In this document: positions 1 to 10,720 of the stretch, piece after piece
Layout of the letters: each line of letters opens with the position of its first letter
Position numbering within the stretch: position 1 is the first letter of the stretch
NCBI GenBank assembly: GCA_965240325.2
Contig: OZ251227.1
Coordinates: 3,224,001-3,288,000 of the forward strand
From: Rebecca billardiae RCC1528
Taxonomy: Eukaryota > Protista > Haptophyta
Reading direction: 5' to 3'
Length of the DNA: 64,000 nucleotides
Program-made: the position numbers and the translations under genes
Notes under the pieces: model-generated
The model's input: the letters and a program-made list of their open reading frames with translations, nothing else
The model's database searches: none
What the model was told of the DNA's origin: nothing

Positions 1-1897
1 CACTGGGGTCGTTCCGGGCGCGAGCTCGGCGGGGACGTGGCGAGCGGGTCGGCGCGCGCCGTGGGCTGGGTGTGCGATTTTACCAACGTATCGGTCGACC
101 TGACCCTCCCCGTCGCGCCGCTCTTGCCCTCGTGGCCTCTCTTCCCCCCAACACGGGTGCGCGCAGCCGCTTGAACAGCCTGGCTGCAGGTCGTTCACAG
201 ACGGCAGGCCGCGTGCAACCTGCGCGGGTGAAGAGGGGTGGCTTGTTGCGTGGTTACGCGGCTGACGCCCGTGTGTGGCCTTGCGAGCCTTTGTGTGCGA
301 GGTTACTTGCCCACATCTGCTCTCGCGTGTCATGCGCGCGTGCAACGAACACTATGCCGTATGCGACCCGCCTTGCAGCAGCCGAGGCCACTGCCACTGG
401 CTTTCCACGTCGCGCGCGAGATCGTCGACATTCTGACGGGCTCGCATCCATGCGAGTGCAAGTGCGCGCGCTGCGTTACGTTCCTCCCGTCCACTGGAGG
501 TGTGCACTGTGAAGCGGAGTCCAGCAGCCAAAACGACATGGGCATCTGACTCGTCATTCGTGTCAACCTGTGACGACGGGCATCGCGCCAGGCTGAGAGG
601 CCAGTGCCCAGGATAGCTCGGGTGATGGGGCACCGCACGTCTGATCATCGGATGGCAGATGAAGTCAGCAACGTACTAGATCAAGCGTCGGCTTGTCCAC
701 GTCGCCGGCGCGGTGTGCGCACTCTCCTGCTGCCGCTGCTGCACTACAGCGCTACTGTACTCTGACAATTCTAGGATTTAAAGACACATCAGGTATGAGG
801 ACGCCGCAGCTCTCCTGATTCGTCTGTCGAAGTACTGATTGGAGGCGGAGGATGTGAGCGCGTTAGCCGCGGATGAGGGAGTCGTCGCCGATGCTGATCA
901 CTGAGATGCCGCGCGCTGTGACTTGCAGTCGTCGGTCGTCACGCCGTTGCCGCCGTCGGACGGTCGGTCCCGGCTGACGAGTGACGGTCCGAGTTGATGC
1001 AGTAAGCTAGTGAGAGTAGTCTGCGTGGATGCTCACGCCAGCCGCCGGTGCGGTCGGGGATGGCGCTCACCCTAGCCGTGTGGGAGGTAGTCGGCCTGGC
1101 CGGCGGGCGGGGTTGCTCAATATTCGTTTCTTTTAATATTTTATTCATCGCCGTGGATTTAATTTTAAACCCGGCCACGCTAACGACATGACCTTGTGGC
1201 GCGTTGCGTCGGAGAACGGGACGGCAGCCTGCCCGCTCGGAGCGTGCTTGTACGCCACAAGCATGCGGGCGACGATGCTTGATGATTCCCACTCTCGCAC
1301 CGGAGCTGTGAGTCTGTGTAACACAGTGACGCGGGAGCCGAGGGTGACTCGACGGGCAACTTCAGGAATGCACCTGCCAGAAGCACTGCCTTCAATATCA
1401 AGCACGCAGATGGCAAAGACGAAGGCCACAAGCATGCGACAGAACATGTCAACGATATGGCGTCACCGTCTTAGTGCCTGCAGTGGCCCCACGCTGGCCC
1501 AGCTGGCAGCAGGTGGACAAGCGCAAGCGCAGCGGAGATCCGATGGTGTACGTTACACGCGCGCATGACACGCGAGAGCGGATGTGGGCAAGTAATCTCG
1601 CACACAAAGGCTCGCAAGGCCACATATGAGCGTCAGCCACGCAACCACGCAACAAGCCACCCCTCTTCACCCGCGCAGGTTGCACGCGGCCCGCCGTCTG
1701 TGAACGACCTGCAGCCAGGCTGTTCAAGCGGCTGCGCGCACCCGTGTTGGGGGGAAGAGAGGCCACGAGGGCAAGAGCGGCGCGACGGGGAGGGTCAGGT
1801 CGACCGATACGTTGGTAAAATCGAGCACCCAGCCCGCGGCGCGCACCGACCCGCTCGCCACGTCCCCGCCGAGCTCGCGCCCAGTGCAGCCCCAGTG
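1..1897. mobile_element. Long inverted repeat (arms ~1-355 and ~1543-1897); probable foldback/TIR element truncated by the left window edge
   Basis: 1-355 is the reverse complement of ~1543-1897 with scattered mismatches; ORFs 72..512(+) and 1449..1766(-) share the same translation (ASLPPNTGARSRLNSLAAGRSQTAG). Confidence 0.75.
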
Positions 1898-1970
1898 CGC
1901 GGGGGTCCCGCTAGAGCAGACTTTCGGCAGGCCCCCCGTAGCCAGCGGCGGAGGGGGGCCGGACAGGCTA

Positions 1971-2966
1971 TCCCCTTACCGCAGGTTGCTTCTATACGAA
2001 GCAAAGATGGGTTCGCCCCCGCGGGTGCGTGCTCGGCGGGCAGGTGGACGCCGCGAGAGGGCGCGCGATGGCTGAGAGGCATCTTTGTGAGCATGTTCGT
2101 GGGCCACCCGAGCCTCATCGCCGCCGCCCTCCCCCTTCTCCGGTGCCACGGCGTCCAAACGGAGTGCCAAACGAGTGTTCGAGCACGCCCAGAAGCAAAG
2201 TTTTGAGGGGTGCTCAGTTCGCCTCTGAGGTGCTCGTATCGCTGCGGTATGGTGCCGCACGCGGTACCGCATCAGGCGGGGTGAAGGACGTCACCCGCCG
2301 GTCGGCTCTCGGGCTGCCAGTCAGTGCCTGTGGTGCTCGGACGCTGCTCTCCGAGCTCGAGATCCATCATGCGGCTTCCTGTGTGACGTCGGCAATGAGG
2401 AGGGTGTACTTGCGCAGCGGGGCGCGCGCGTCGCGCATGTGATCGACACCGAAACAGACGAAGAAACATGACCGCCCATCCCGCCGAGCTCCTGGCTGAC
2501 TTGCACTCGGCAATCACGCCGCGCGCGCGGCCTGCGGCTGCTGCGTGCGGCAAGCCGCCAAGCGTGTCACGCGCGACTGGCAGGTGAGTGAGTTCAGCGC
2601 GACGAGTCATGTGAACGCGCGCAGACCAGCGCGTGCAGTACGTACACCGCCTACAGCCATCTCGACCGATCGCCTACCTGCCTGAAGCAGCTGCAAGGCG
2701 TGCAGCCGGGTGTCGCGGGCACACGGCCAGCCTGGCGGGCACGACACGCCCGTACGGCAGCTCGGCGCGCTGCCGCGGGATGCCATCGTGGAGGCATTGT
2801 AGCTGAAGGGACCAGTCTGGCGGCTGTCTGAGGGTAGCTAGACCATGCCTGCACAGTGTCATGCGGCGTTCAGCGCCCAAAGGCGCCCTGACTGGCCGCA
2901 GGGCGCCCTCAGCGGACGCCGTCAACTTTGCTTCCATACGAAGCAAAGTGAACTGCGGTAAGGGGA
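1971..2966. mobile_element. Non-autonomous TIR element (MITE-like) with TA target-site duplication, Tc1/mariner-like
   Basis: TA|TCCCCTTACCGCAG (1971-1984) ... CTGCGGTAAGGGGA|TA (2953-2966); subterminal palindrome TTGCTTC-N5-GAAGCAA at both ends; no transposase ORF. Confidence 0.8.
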
Positions 2967-2969
2967 TAC

Positions 2970-3039
2970 TGTGGCGGTGTCTTTGTGCGCAGTGCCGTGG
3001 ATGGCGTCAATCACGCCTTATACCAAGTGTGCACGTTAA
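2970..3039 (+). repeat. ~65-nt dispersed motif ending ...GTGTGCACG|TTAA (copy A); probable transposon terminus
   Basis: Near-identical to 5637-5702 (+) and 56365-56431 (-); contains hairpin GGCGT-N5-ACGCC. Confidence 0.75.
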
Positions 3040-3264
3040 AACATAGTAAACTGTATCCTCGATTTCTCGATATACGCCCGTCGTCGCTCCGGCCGCAGCT
3101 CACCGTCCCCCCCCCCCCCCGGAAGGGTGCCCCCCCCCCCCTTTATTAAACTGTAACGGCCTCCGCGCCTCCGGGTGATCAGAGTCATCAGACTAGTGGC
3201 GGCCGATGCCTCTGAGTGAGTCTGACAGCCCTACCCTGGCCAGCACCGTGTCCGTGTCCGTAAA

Positions 3265-4356
3265 CGGATATCCCACTGCAACAGATAGGATCTGATCCTA
3301 TGGCATAGGATGAGTTCACCAGAGCGCCAGCGGCTCAGTTCTGCGCATACGATCATCGGTGTTGCTATATCGTACACACAACTCCACCGGCTGTCGACAC
3401 ACACCATCTCCGCCTGCCGCCACTGCCACGGCGGTCGCGCGCGCGCGCGCGCGACCGCGCGCGCGCGCGCGATCCTATGCCATAGGATCCGCGCCAGGGA
3501 CGGCTACATAGGATCGGCATGACAGCGTCAGTTGCTCGCCCCTGGCAGCCGAGCGGCGACCCTGGGCACGGACGGCGCAGGCGAGTGCTCGCACCGGATG
3601 CCCGCGCTGCCGCCCGCACCGCCGCCCACGCCGCCAGGCGCGTTGCTGCCCGTGGCACACCGATTCTGGGGCGGGGCGAAGAGAGGGCAACCGCCATCGT
3701 GCGTGCGGCCACGGACCTCCCACGATGGTGGCGGCCGTCCTTGTGGACCACTAGCCCACGAATCCAAGAGCGTGCGGGTCGAGCGTCGCGTAAATCGACT
3801 GCGGCACAAGCATGGCGTGTCTACAGGTGCGATACCATCCACGCACGCGACATGGCAAGATGTTCCGGCTACCTCCGAGGCTTGCTCTACATGCGTGCCG
3901 ATGCTCGATCGCAACCACCTGACGACGCGAGCGACCCGCAGCGGCTTGTGCGCGCAGCCCCGGCGCGACGTACAATGCCATGCTTGGCGAGGACCAAAAC
4001 GCATTGTGATTGAACCTCGTACGGCTCCGGTCGAACACAGTGAACCACGATGTGTGAGCATCAAGCTGGGTGTCATCACAAGTGCCACATGTTGGTCGGC
4101 GTTGCCACCGTGGAGTCGCAAGGCGGCAACGACCGCGACGGCTTCACGCGCTCCATCCGTGGAGCCCAAAACATGCGGTGGTGGTCGAAAATCACAACAA
4201 GCTCGCTCTGGCGGATGGTGGCGACACTGCTACCGACCCCTAGGTGCAGTCGTACCATTCGGCAACATGAGAAAATGTCGTCTGCTGAGTCGTCCCTGGG
4301 GCCATCCTATGCCATAGGATTGAATCCTATGGGATAGGATCGCAGTGGGATATCCG
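3265..4356. mobile_element. Non-autonomous TIR element with 15-bp perfect TIRs and TAAA duplication
   Basis: TAAA|CGGATATCCCACTGC ... GCAGTGGGATATCCG|TAAA; the empty site (GTCCGTAAAGTCC) is present in duplicate unit B near 6045-6057; palindrome ATCCTAT-N3-ATAGGAT at 3295, 3472, 4304 and 4324. Confidence 0.92.
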
Positions 4357-4467
4357 TAAAGTTCTTCGGTGAGCGACTCATAGGGAAGTTGACAGCCCTA
4401 CCTGACCGGGTTAACGGTGCCGGGTGCCCTTGCCGTCCTGACGACGACGCAGCTGTGATGCTGCTGC

Positions 4468-5484
4468 TCAGGCCCGGCTCCCCCCGGTCACACGCCTGGC
4501 CATCACCACGGGTCGTACACACGACGGCGTCGAGACGACGCTGGCTGTGACCAGCTGCGGCAGCTGCGATGATCGCGGCCGCCGCGGTGCCACAACGTCC
4601 GGAGCAGTGGCTGTGCTGCTGGCGCGCTTCCGCTGTCGCTTGGCGGCGCTCATCACTTGGTTGGGGCTCTTCATGTCTTGCTGCAGCCCGCGTTTGTGCG
4701 CACCACTCCGAAGGCTCTTCATGCCGGCCAGCTTGTGCACCGAGCAACGGCTTGCGCGCGCGTCGCCCGCCATGCCGAATGAAGGCCACTTGGTGCAGCC
4801 CGTGTGATCGCACTTGGGGTTCTTCAGGTCGACCATGCCGGCCAGCTTGTGCGCAGCGCACCGGCTGGCACGCGCGTCGCCCGGCATGCCGTAGGAAGGC
4901 TGCGTGGTGCAGCCCGTGTGATCGCACTTGCGGCTCTTCAGGTCGACCATGCCGGCCAGCTTGTGCGCAGCGCACCGGCTCGCGCGCGCGTCACCCGGCA
5001 TGCCAAATGAAGGCTCCTTGGTGCAGCCCGTGTGATCGCACTTGGGGTTCTTCAGGTCGACCATGCCAGCCAGCTTGTGCGCAGCGCACCGGCTGGCGCG
5101 CGCGTCGCCCGGCATGCCGAACGAAGGCCCCTTGGTGCAGCCCGCGTGATCACACTTGCGGTGCTGCAGGTCGACCATGCCGGCCAGCTTGTGCGCAGCG
5201 CACCGGCTGGCGCGCGCGTCGCCCGGCATGCCGTAGGAAGGCCGCGTGGTGCAGCCCGTGTGATCGCACTTGGGGTTCTTCAGGTCGACCATGCCGGCCA
5301 GCTTGTGCGCAGCGCACCGGCTCGCGCGCGCGTCGCCCGGTATGCCGAAGTGAGGCCGCGTGGTGCAGCCCGTGTGATCGCACTTGCGGCTCTTCAGGCC
5401 GACCATGCCGGCCAGCTTGGCTGGGAAGGCGACCACGACCCTGGCCGCGCCCGCCGTCGCGCGCGCCTCGAGTTGACGGAGCAC
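4468..5484 (-). CDS. EsV-1-7-type cysteine-rich repeat protein, 6 x 38-aa repeats (5' end uncertain)
   Basis: Repeat KCDHTGCTxxPxFGMPGDARASRCAAHKLAGMVDL (C-x4-C...C-x2-H) matches the EsV-1-7 motif pattern; basic KRQRKR tail. Confidence 0.8.
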   Translation of the reverse strand: MLRQLEARATAGAARVVVAFPAKLAGMVGLKSRKCDHTGCTTRPHFGIPGDARASRCAAHKLAGMVDLKNPKCDHTGCTTRPSYGMPGDARASRCAAHKLAGMVDLQHRKCDHAGCTKGPSFGMPGDARASRCAAHKLAGMVDLKNPKCDHTGCTKEPSFGMPGDARASRCAAHKLAGMVDLKSRKCDHTGCTTQPSYGMPGDARASRCAAHKLAGMVDLKNPKCDHTGCTKWPSFGMAGDARASRCSVHKLAGMKSLRSGAHKRGLQQDMKSPNQVMSAAKRQRKRASSTATAPDVVAPRRPRSSQLPQLVTASVVSTPSCVRPVVMARRVTGGSRA

Positions 5485-5690
5485 CCACGCCGACGCCTTT
5501 CACTGACTCGAACGTCACTTCCCTGTACTGTGGCTGTCTGGTACTCTCCTCCGGACTGCGCCGCCATCGTTACTCGGCGGGCGCACTCGCGTGAAGCGAG
5601 TGCGATGGCGGAGAGTACCAGCCAGGTACTGTGGGCTGTGGCGGTGTCTTTGTGCAGTGTTGGATGGCGTCAATCACGCCTTTAACCAAG

Positions 5691-5843
5691 TGTGCACGTT
5701 AAAACATAGTAAACTGTAGTTTACTATGTGCACGTTAAAACATATAGTAAACTGTCTAGTTTACCGCTATGTGCACGTTAAAACATATAGTAAACTGTCT
5801 AGTTTACTATGTGCACGTTAAAACATAGCAGCAGTAAACTGTA
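5691..5843. repeat. Four tandem ~36-43-bp units, three containing a fold-back palindrome
   Basis: TGTGCACGTTAAAACA(TA)TAGTAAACTGT(CT)AGTTTACTA repeated; ACATAGTAAAC/GTTTACTATGT is a perfect inverted pair; single unit in copy A (3028-3055). Confidence 0.9.
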
Positions 5844-6160
5844 TCCTCGATATATCGCCGTCGTCGCTCCGGCCGCAGCTCACCCTTCCCCCCCCCCAAG
5901 GGTGCCCCCCCCCCCCCCGCCCCCCCCCCCCCTTATTAAACTGTAACGGCCTCCGCCTCGGGTGATCAGAGTCATCAGACTGGCGGCCGATGCCTCTGAC
6001 TGACTGACAAGTGACAGCCCTACCCTGGCCAGCACCGTGTCCGTGTCCGTAAAGTCCTTCGGTGAGAGACTCATAGGGAAGTTGACAGCCCTACCTGACC
6101 GGGTTAACGGTGCCGGGTGCCCTTGCCGTCCTGACGACGACGCAGCTGTGATGCTGCTGC

Positions 6161-7790
6161 TCAGGCCCGGCTCCCCCCGGTCACACGCCTGGCCATCACC
6201 ACGGGTCGTACACACGACGGCGTCGAGACGACGCTGGCTGTGACCAGCTGCGGCAGCTGCGATGATCGCGGCCGCCGCGGTGCCACAACGACCGGAGCAG
6301 TGGCTGTGGTGCTGGCGCGCTTCCGCTGTCGCTTGGCGGCGCTCGTCACTTCGTTGGGGCTCTTCATGTCTTGCTGCAGCCCGCGCTTGTTCCGACCTGA
6401 ACTCCGAAGGCTCTTCATGCCGGCCAGCTTGTGCGCAGCGCACCGGCTGGCGCGCGCGTCGCCCGGCATGCCGTAGGAAGGCTGCATGGTGCAGCCCGTG
6501 TGATCGCACTTGCGGTGCTGCAGGTCGACCATGCCGGCCAGCTTGTGCGCAGCGCACCGGCTGGCGCGCGCGTCGCCCGGCATGCCGTAGGAAGGCTGCA
6601 TGGTGCAGCCCGTGTGATCGCACTTGCGGTGCTGCAGGTCGACCATGCCGGCCAGCTTGTGCGCAGCGCACCGGCTGGCGCGCGCGTCGCCCGGCATGCC
6701 GTAGGAAGGCTGCATGGTGCAGCCCGTGTGATCGCACTTGCGGTGCTGCAGGTCGACCATGCCGGCCAGCTTGTGCGCAGCGCACCGGCTGGCGCGCGCG
6801 TCGCCCGGCATGCCGTAGTAAGGCTGCGTGGTGCAGCCCGTGTGATCGCACTTGCGGCTCTTCAGGTCGACCATGCCGGCCAGCTTGTGCGCAGCGCACC
6901 GGCTGGCACGCGCGTCGCCCGGCATGCCGTAGGAAGGCTGCATGGTGCAGCCCGTGTGATCGCACTTGCGGTGCTGCAGGTCGACCATGCCGGCCAGCTT
7001 GTGCGCAGCGCACCGGCTGGCGCGCGCGTCGCCCGGCATGCCGTAGTAAGGCTGCGTGGTGCAGCCCGTGTGATCGCACTTGCGGCTCTTCAGGTCGACC
7101 ATGCCGGCCAGCTTGTGCGCAGCGCACCGGCTGGCACGCGCGTCGCCCGGCATGCCGTAGGAAGGCTGCATGGTGCAGCCCGTGTGATCGCACTTGCGGT
7201 GCTGCAGGTCGACCATGCCGGCCAGCTTGTGCGCAGCGCACCGGCTGGCGCGCGCGTCGCCCGGCATGCCGTAGTAAGGCTGCGTGGTGCAGCCCGTGTG
7301 ATCGCACTTGCGGCTCTTCAGGTCGACCATGCCGGCCAGCTTGTGCGCAGCGCACCGGCTGGCACGCGCGTCGCCCGGCATGCCGTAGGAAGGCTGCATG
7401 GTGCAGCCCGTGTGATCGCACTTGCGGTGCTGCAGGTCGACCATGCCGGCCAGCTTGTGCGCAGCGCACCGGCTGGCGCGCGCGTCGCCCGGCATGCCGT
7501 AGTAAGGCTGCGTGGTGCAGCCCGTGTGATCGCACTTGCGGCTCTTCAGGTCGACCATGCCGGCCAGCTTGTGCGCAGCGCACCGGCTGGCACGCGCGTC
7601 GCCCGGCATGCCGTAGGAAGGCTGCATGGTGCAGCCCGTGTGATCGCACTTGCGGTGCTGCAGGTCGACCATGCCGGCCAGCTTGTGCGCAGCGCACCGG
7701 CTGGCACGCGCGTCACCCGGCATGCCGAACGCAGGCCGCGTGGTGCAGCCCGTGTGATCACACTTGCGGCTTTTCATGCCGACCATGCCG
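6161..7790 (-). CDS. EsV-1-7-type cysteine-rich repeat protein, 12 x 38-aa repeats (start uncertain; ORF stays open to 8437)
   Basis: 114-bp nucleotide repeats at ~6415-7785, with alternating QHRK..TMQPSY and KSRK..TTQPYY units; C-terminus nearly identical to the paralog. Confidence 0.8.
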
Positions 7791-8129
7791 GCCCGGCCAG
7801 CTTGGCCGGCAAGGCGACCACAACCAAGGGCGGTCCACAACCCAACCCAGACGTCGCGCAGAGCCGCAGACGAAAAAACGTAGTTTGACCCAGCCGAAGC
7901 CCACGTCCGGCCTGGCCTGCATGGCGTCGACGGTGACCAATGCGACGGAAACGCAGCGCCAACGGCGTACGACGCGCAGCGGACGCACCTCCCGGGTCTA
8001 TCGCCAAGGCAGCAGCCGCGTCTTTGCGAATTGGCGACCCTCGCCGCAGCGCGACACAGACAAGCCCGTGATGCCATCCGCAGAGAGATGAAACGTCGAG
8101 CATGCAACATCGCCGCGCCATCCTCGTCC

Positions 8130-8700
8130 ATGGCGCAGGCGCTGCGGGACGAGGCGGAAGTCGTCACGCCGGTGACGGATGCGCTGCGATTCGTGTGCCC
8201 GCGTGAGTAGCTCGTGCCCACTCTCGATCGCGAGTGGCACACGCTGTCGCTGTGCGCGCGCGCGCGCGCACAACCAACAGCTCCTCGTGCCGCCGAACAC
8301 GCGGGCACCAGACCTGTCGAAGAGGCGAAGAGCGACGACCGCGTGAACGTCAACGCGCGCGTGCTCAGCGTGGCGGCCGCGTACGACGTCAACGCGACCT
8401 GCGCCGAGCCCATCATGCCCGGAGCGGACATCGGCAAGCATCCACGCGACGACCGCTCTCGGCTGGCGGCAGGAGGACATGCACATGATCTACTCTGGCG
8501 GCTTCGTCGGCGGCGAGGCGCTCGATTACGCCATCGCGGTCGAGATGCGGCACATACAGCGCCTACCCGCGCTCGCGCGGAGCAACGGGCTACCCGCCCC
8601 GCCCCGCGTGCTGCACATTCCCTCGTGGGTGTGGGGCCTCGTTGATGCGCACAAACGTGTACACGAGTGGGAGAACTTCAGGTGTCACTGGTCCTCGCCC
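8130..8700 (+). pseudogene. Degenerate coding fragment, possibly Ulp1/C48 peptidase-like (transposon-associated)
   Basis: Coding-like codon use with an in-frame stop and frameshift; DMHMIYSGGFVGGEALDYAI...VLHIPSWVW loosely recalls the start of a Ulp1 domain. Confidence 0.25.
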
Positions 8701-9016
8701 TCGTCGTCGGACTGTCCGTCACCCACGGCCACGAGCGAATGTGGAAAGACGCGAAGCCGCAGAGGAAACATTGCGACAGCACTGGCACGGCCCGCCGACC
8801 CCCCCGCCCGCCAGGGCACTACAGTTTGCTGTTTATTATATATATATATATAAATGATGATATGAAAGTAATCCCCACGCGGCACGCCGCGAAGTGACCA
8901 TCACGGGGGTGCCCGGGTGGGCATCAGGTTACAGCGTAAGGTGATGTTTTGCGTCAGTCGTCTATTATTACATCATCGCGACAGTCGCGTCTATTATCCG
9001 CCGTAGTCAGTACTGC

Positions 9017-10720
9017 TCACCGTCTCTCTCGAGGCTGCCGACGCAGGGCCCGGCCGCGCGCCGCGCCGCCCGGCGCCTCCGAGCGCGACGGCGGCGGCGG
9101 CGTGCAGCCTGCCGGCAGTGTGCGCGCAGCGCACGCTCGCGCGAATGCGGGCTGCGCCTCGGCGTCGCGGCCGACGTCGGCGTGCACCGCGCGCACGGCG
9201 GCGCGCAGCGCGCCGAGCAGCCGCGCCGCCGTCGCCTCCGCCGAGTAGGCCCGTGCAGCCTGGAGCCCGCGCGCGGCGAGCGCGGCGCGCGCGGCCGGCC
9301 GCGCCTGCAGCGCGCCGAGCGCTTCTCCAAATTCGTCCGCGGTGCGCACGGCGGGCAGCGCGCGGCCGTGCGCCTCGAGCGAGGCGTTGGGCGCGCGCCA
9401 CGGCAGCGTGTAGTTGTGCTCGCGCGACACCTCCACGTAGCTGCTGTACGGGTAGAAGAGCGCGGGCACGCCGTGCGACCACCACCACAGCAGGCGCGTC
9501 GGCGGCCGGTGCGTGAGCGTCTTCGCCCGGCGGTTGGGCGGCCACAGCAGGGCGAGCTGGATGCCGTCGAGCCAGCCTACGTCGTGGAACTTCGCCTGCG
9601 CGCTGAAGTTGAAGAGCGGCTCGTCCGCGAGCGCCCACGCCTCCGCGCCCGCCACAGCAGCACGCACGGCCGCCGTCGCCTCCGCCGCCGCGCGACTCTG
9701 ACTCTGGAGCCACACGCTCGGCGTCGGCGCGGCGCGCGCGCCGTCGCACTTGTGGTCGAGCACTCGCGCGGAGGCGCCTTCCGCGCGCGGCCGCTCGTGC
9801 ACGTATCGCAGCAGGGCGCCGTGCGCGCAGCACGCGTGCGCGAGCGCGCGCAGCTCGGCATCGGGCAGCGCGTTCTTCGACTGCCCCACGAGCAGCCCGA
9901 CCACGCGCACGCGCGCGCGCGCGCTCTGCGCGGGCGCGCGCACGCGCCACGCGCGCGCGTTCGTGTGCTGATGGGGAACGACTGCGACTGGCGCGGCGTG
10001 CCCGTCGCGCGCGACGCGCGCGCGCCAGAGCGTGGCGTAGGCCGGCTTGGGCGGCGGGCGCGCGAAGAGGCCCGCGCTCGCGCGCGTCTGCAGCAGCAGC
10101 GCCGCCCTCGGCGCGTACGAATTGTCCGGGAAACTTCCGAACGTTCTGAGAAGGCCCTCGAGGAGATCCACGTTGTCGACGGCGTCCAGAGCGTAGGTGA
10201 CGCATCGAGCCCAGAGGAGGCGGAGGAGCGGGCGGTCGAGCGGGATCTTGACGGAGAGCACGGCGTGCGGGAGCGTGGCCTCCGGCGCGGAGCGCAGCGC
10301 CGCCGCCCAGCGCTCCGCCGCCTCGGCGCGCCCGGCGGCGGTGCCGTTGCCGACGAGGTCGACGACAGTCACGTCGAAGGCGCAGCCGGTGCGGCGCGCG
10401 AGCGCCGCGCGGCGCTGCCGCATGGTCGCGGCGAGCATGCGCGCGCGGAGCGCCTCGGAGGGCAGGCCGGTGAGTAGCGCGAAGGCGATGCGCAACGGCG
10501 GCAGCGCCGCCGAGGCCCGTGGGCGCGGAGGCGCCGGCGAGGGCGACGCGCGCGCGGACGGGGGCGACGGCGGTGCGAGCGGCGGTCCTGGCAGCGGCAG
10601 CGCGGGTGCGCGCGCGGTGCGCACGTGCGCGACGCGGCTCGCGCGGCCGAGGAGCGCGCCCACGCCGAAGGCGGCGGCGGCCGCCGCGAGCGTGAGCCCG
10701 ACGCAGTGCAAGGGCCGCAT
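9017..10720 (-). CDS. Type II membrane protein with a GT-B-fold glycosyltransferase-like C-terminal domain
   Basis: N-terminal hydrophobic anchor and Pro-rich stem; RPPTRLLWWWSHGVPALF...DEFGEALGAL...ARGLQAARAYSAEATAARL resembles GT-B C-termini. Confidence 0.6.
   Translation of the reverse strand: MRPLHCVGLTLAAAAAAFGVGALLGRASRVAHVRTARAPALPLPGPPLAPPSPPSARASPSPAPPRPRASAALPPLRIAFALLTGLPSEALRARMLAATMRQRRAALARRTGCAFDVTVVDLVGNGTAAGRAEAAERWAAALRSAPEATLPHAVLSVKIPLDRPLLRLLWARCVTYALDAVDNVDLLEGLLRTFGSFPDNSYAPRAALLLQTRASAGLFARPPPKPAYATLWRARVARDGHAAPVAVVPHQHTNARAWRVRAPAQSARARVRVVGLLVGQSKNALPDAELRALAHACCAHGALLRYVHERPRAEGASARVLDHKCDGARAAPTPSVWLQSQSRAAAEATAAVRAAVAGAEAWALADEPLFNFSAQAKFHDVGWLDGIQLALLWPPNRRAKTLTHRPPTRLLWWWSHGVPALFYPYSSYVEVSREHNYTLPWRAPNASLEAHGRALPAVRTADEFGEALGALQARPAARAALAARGLQAARAYSAEATAARLLGALRAAVRAVHADVGRDAEAQPAFARACAARTLPAGCTPPPPSRSEAPGGAARGRALRRQPRERR

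Larger units (their letters stand above)
2970..7810. repeat. Tandem segmental duplication (unit A ~2970-5420, unit B ~5637-7810)
   Basis: 3040-3264 plus 4361-4720 align to 5835-6420 almost base for base; both units carry the repeat-protein gene. Confidence 0.9.

Noticed and set aside
5691-5843. Palindromic ~37-bp repeats resembling a CRISPR array
   Set aside because: No unique spacers, no cas genes, eukaryotic context.
4569-8091. Long alternative-frame and antisense ORFs over the 114-bp repeats
   Set aside because: They stay open only because a stop-free unit is repeated; only the minus-strand Cys/His frame resembles a protein family.
7790-8437. N-terminal extension of the 758-aa ORF
   Set aside because: Not shared with the paralog and antisense to a coding-like fragment; probably fortuitous.
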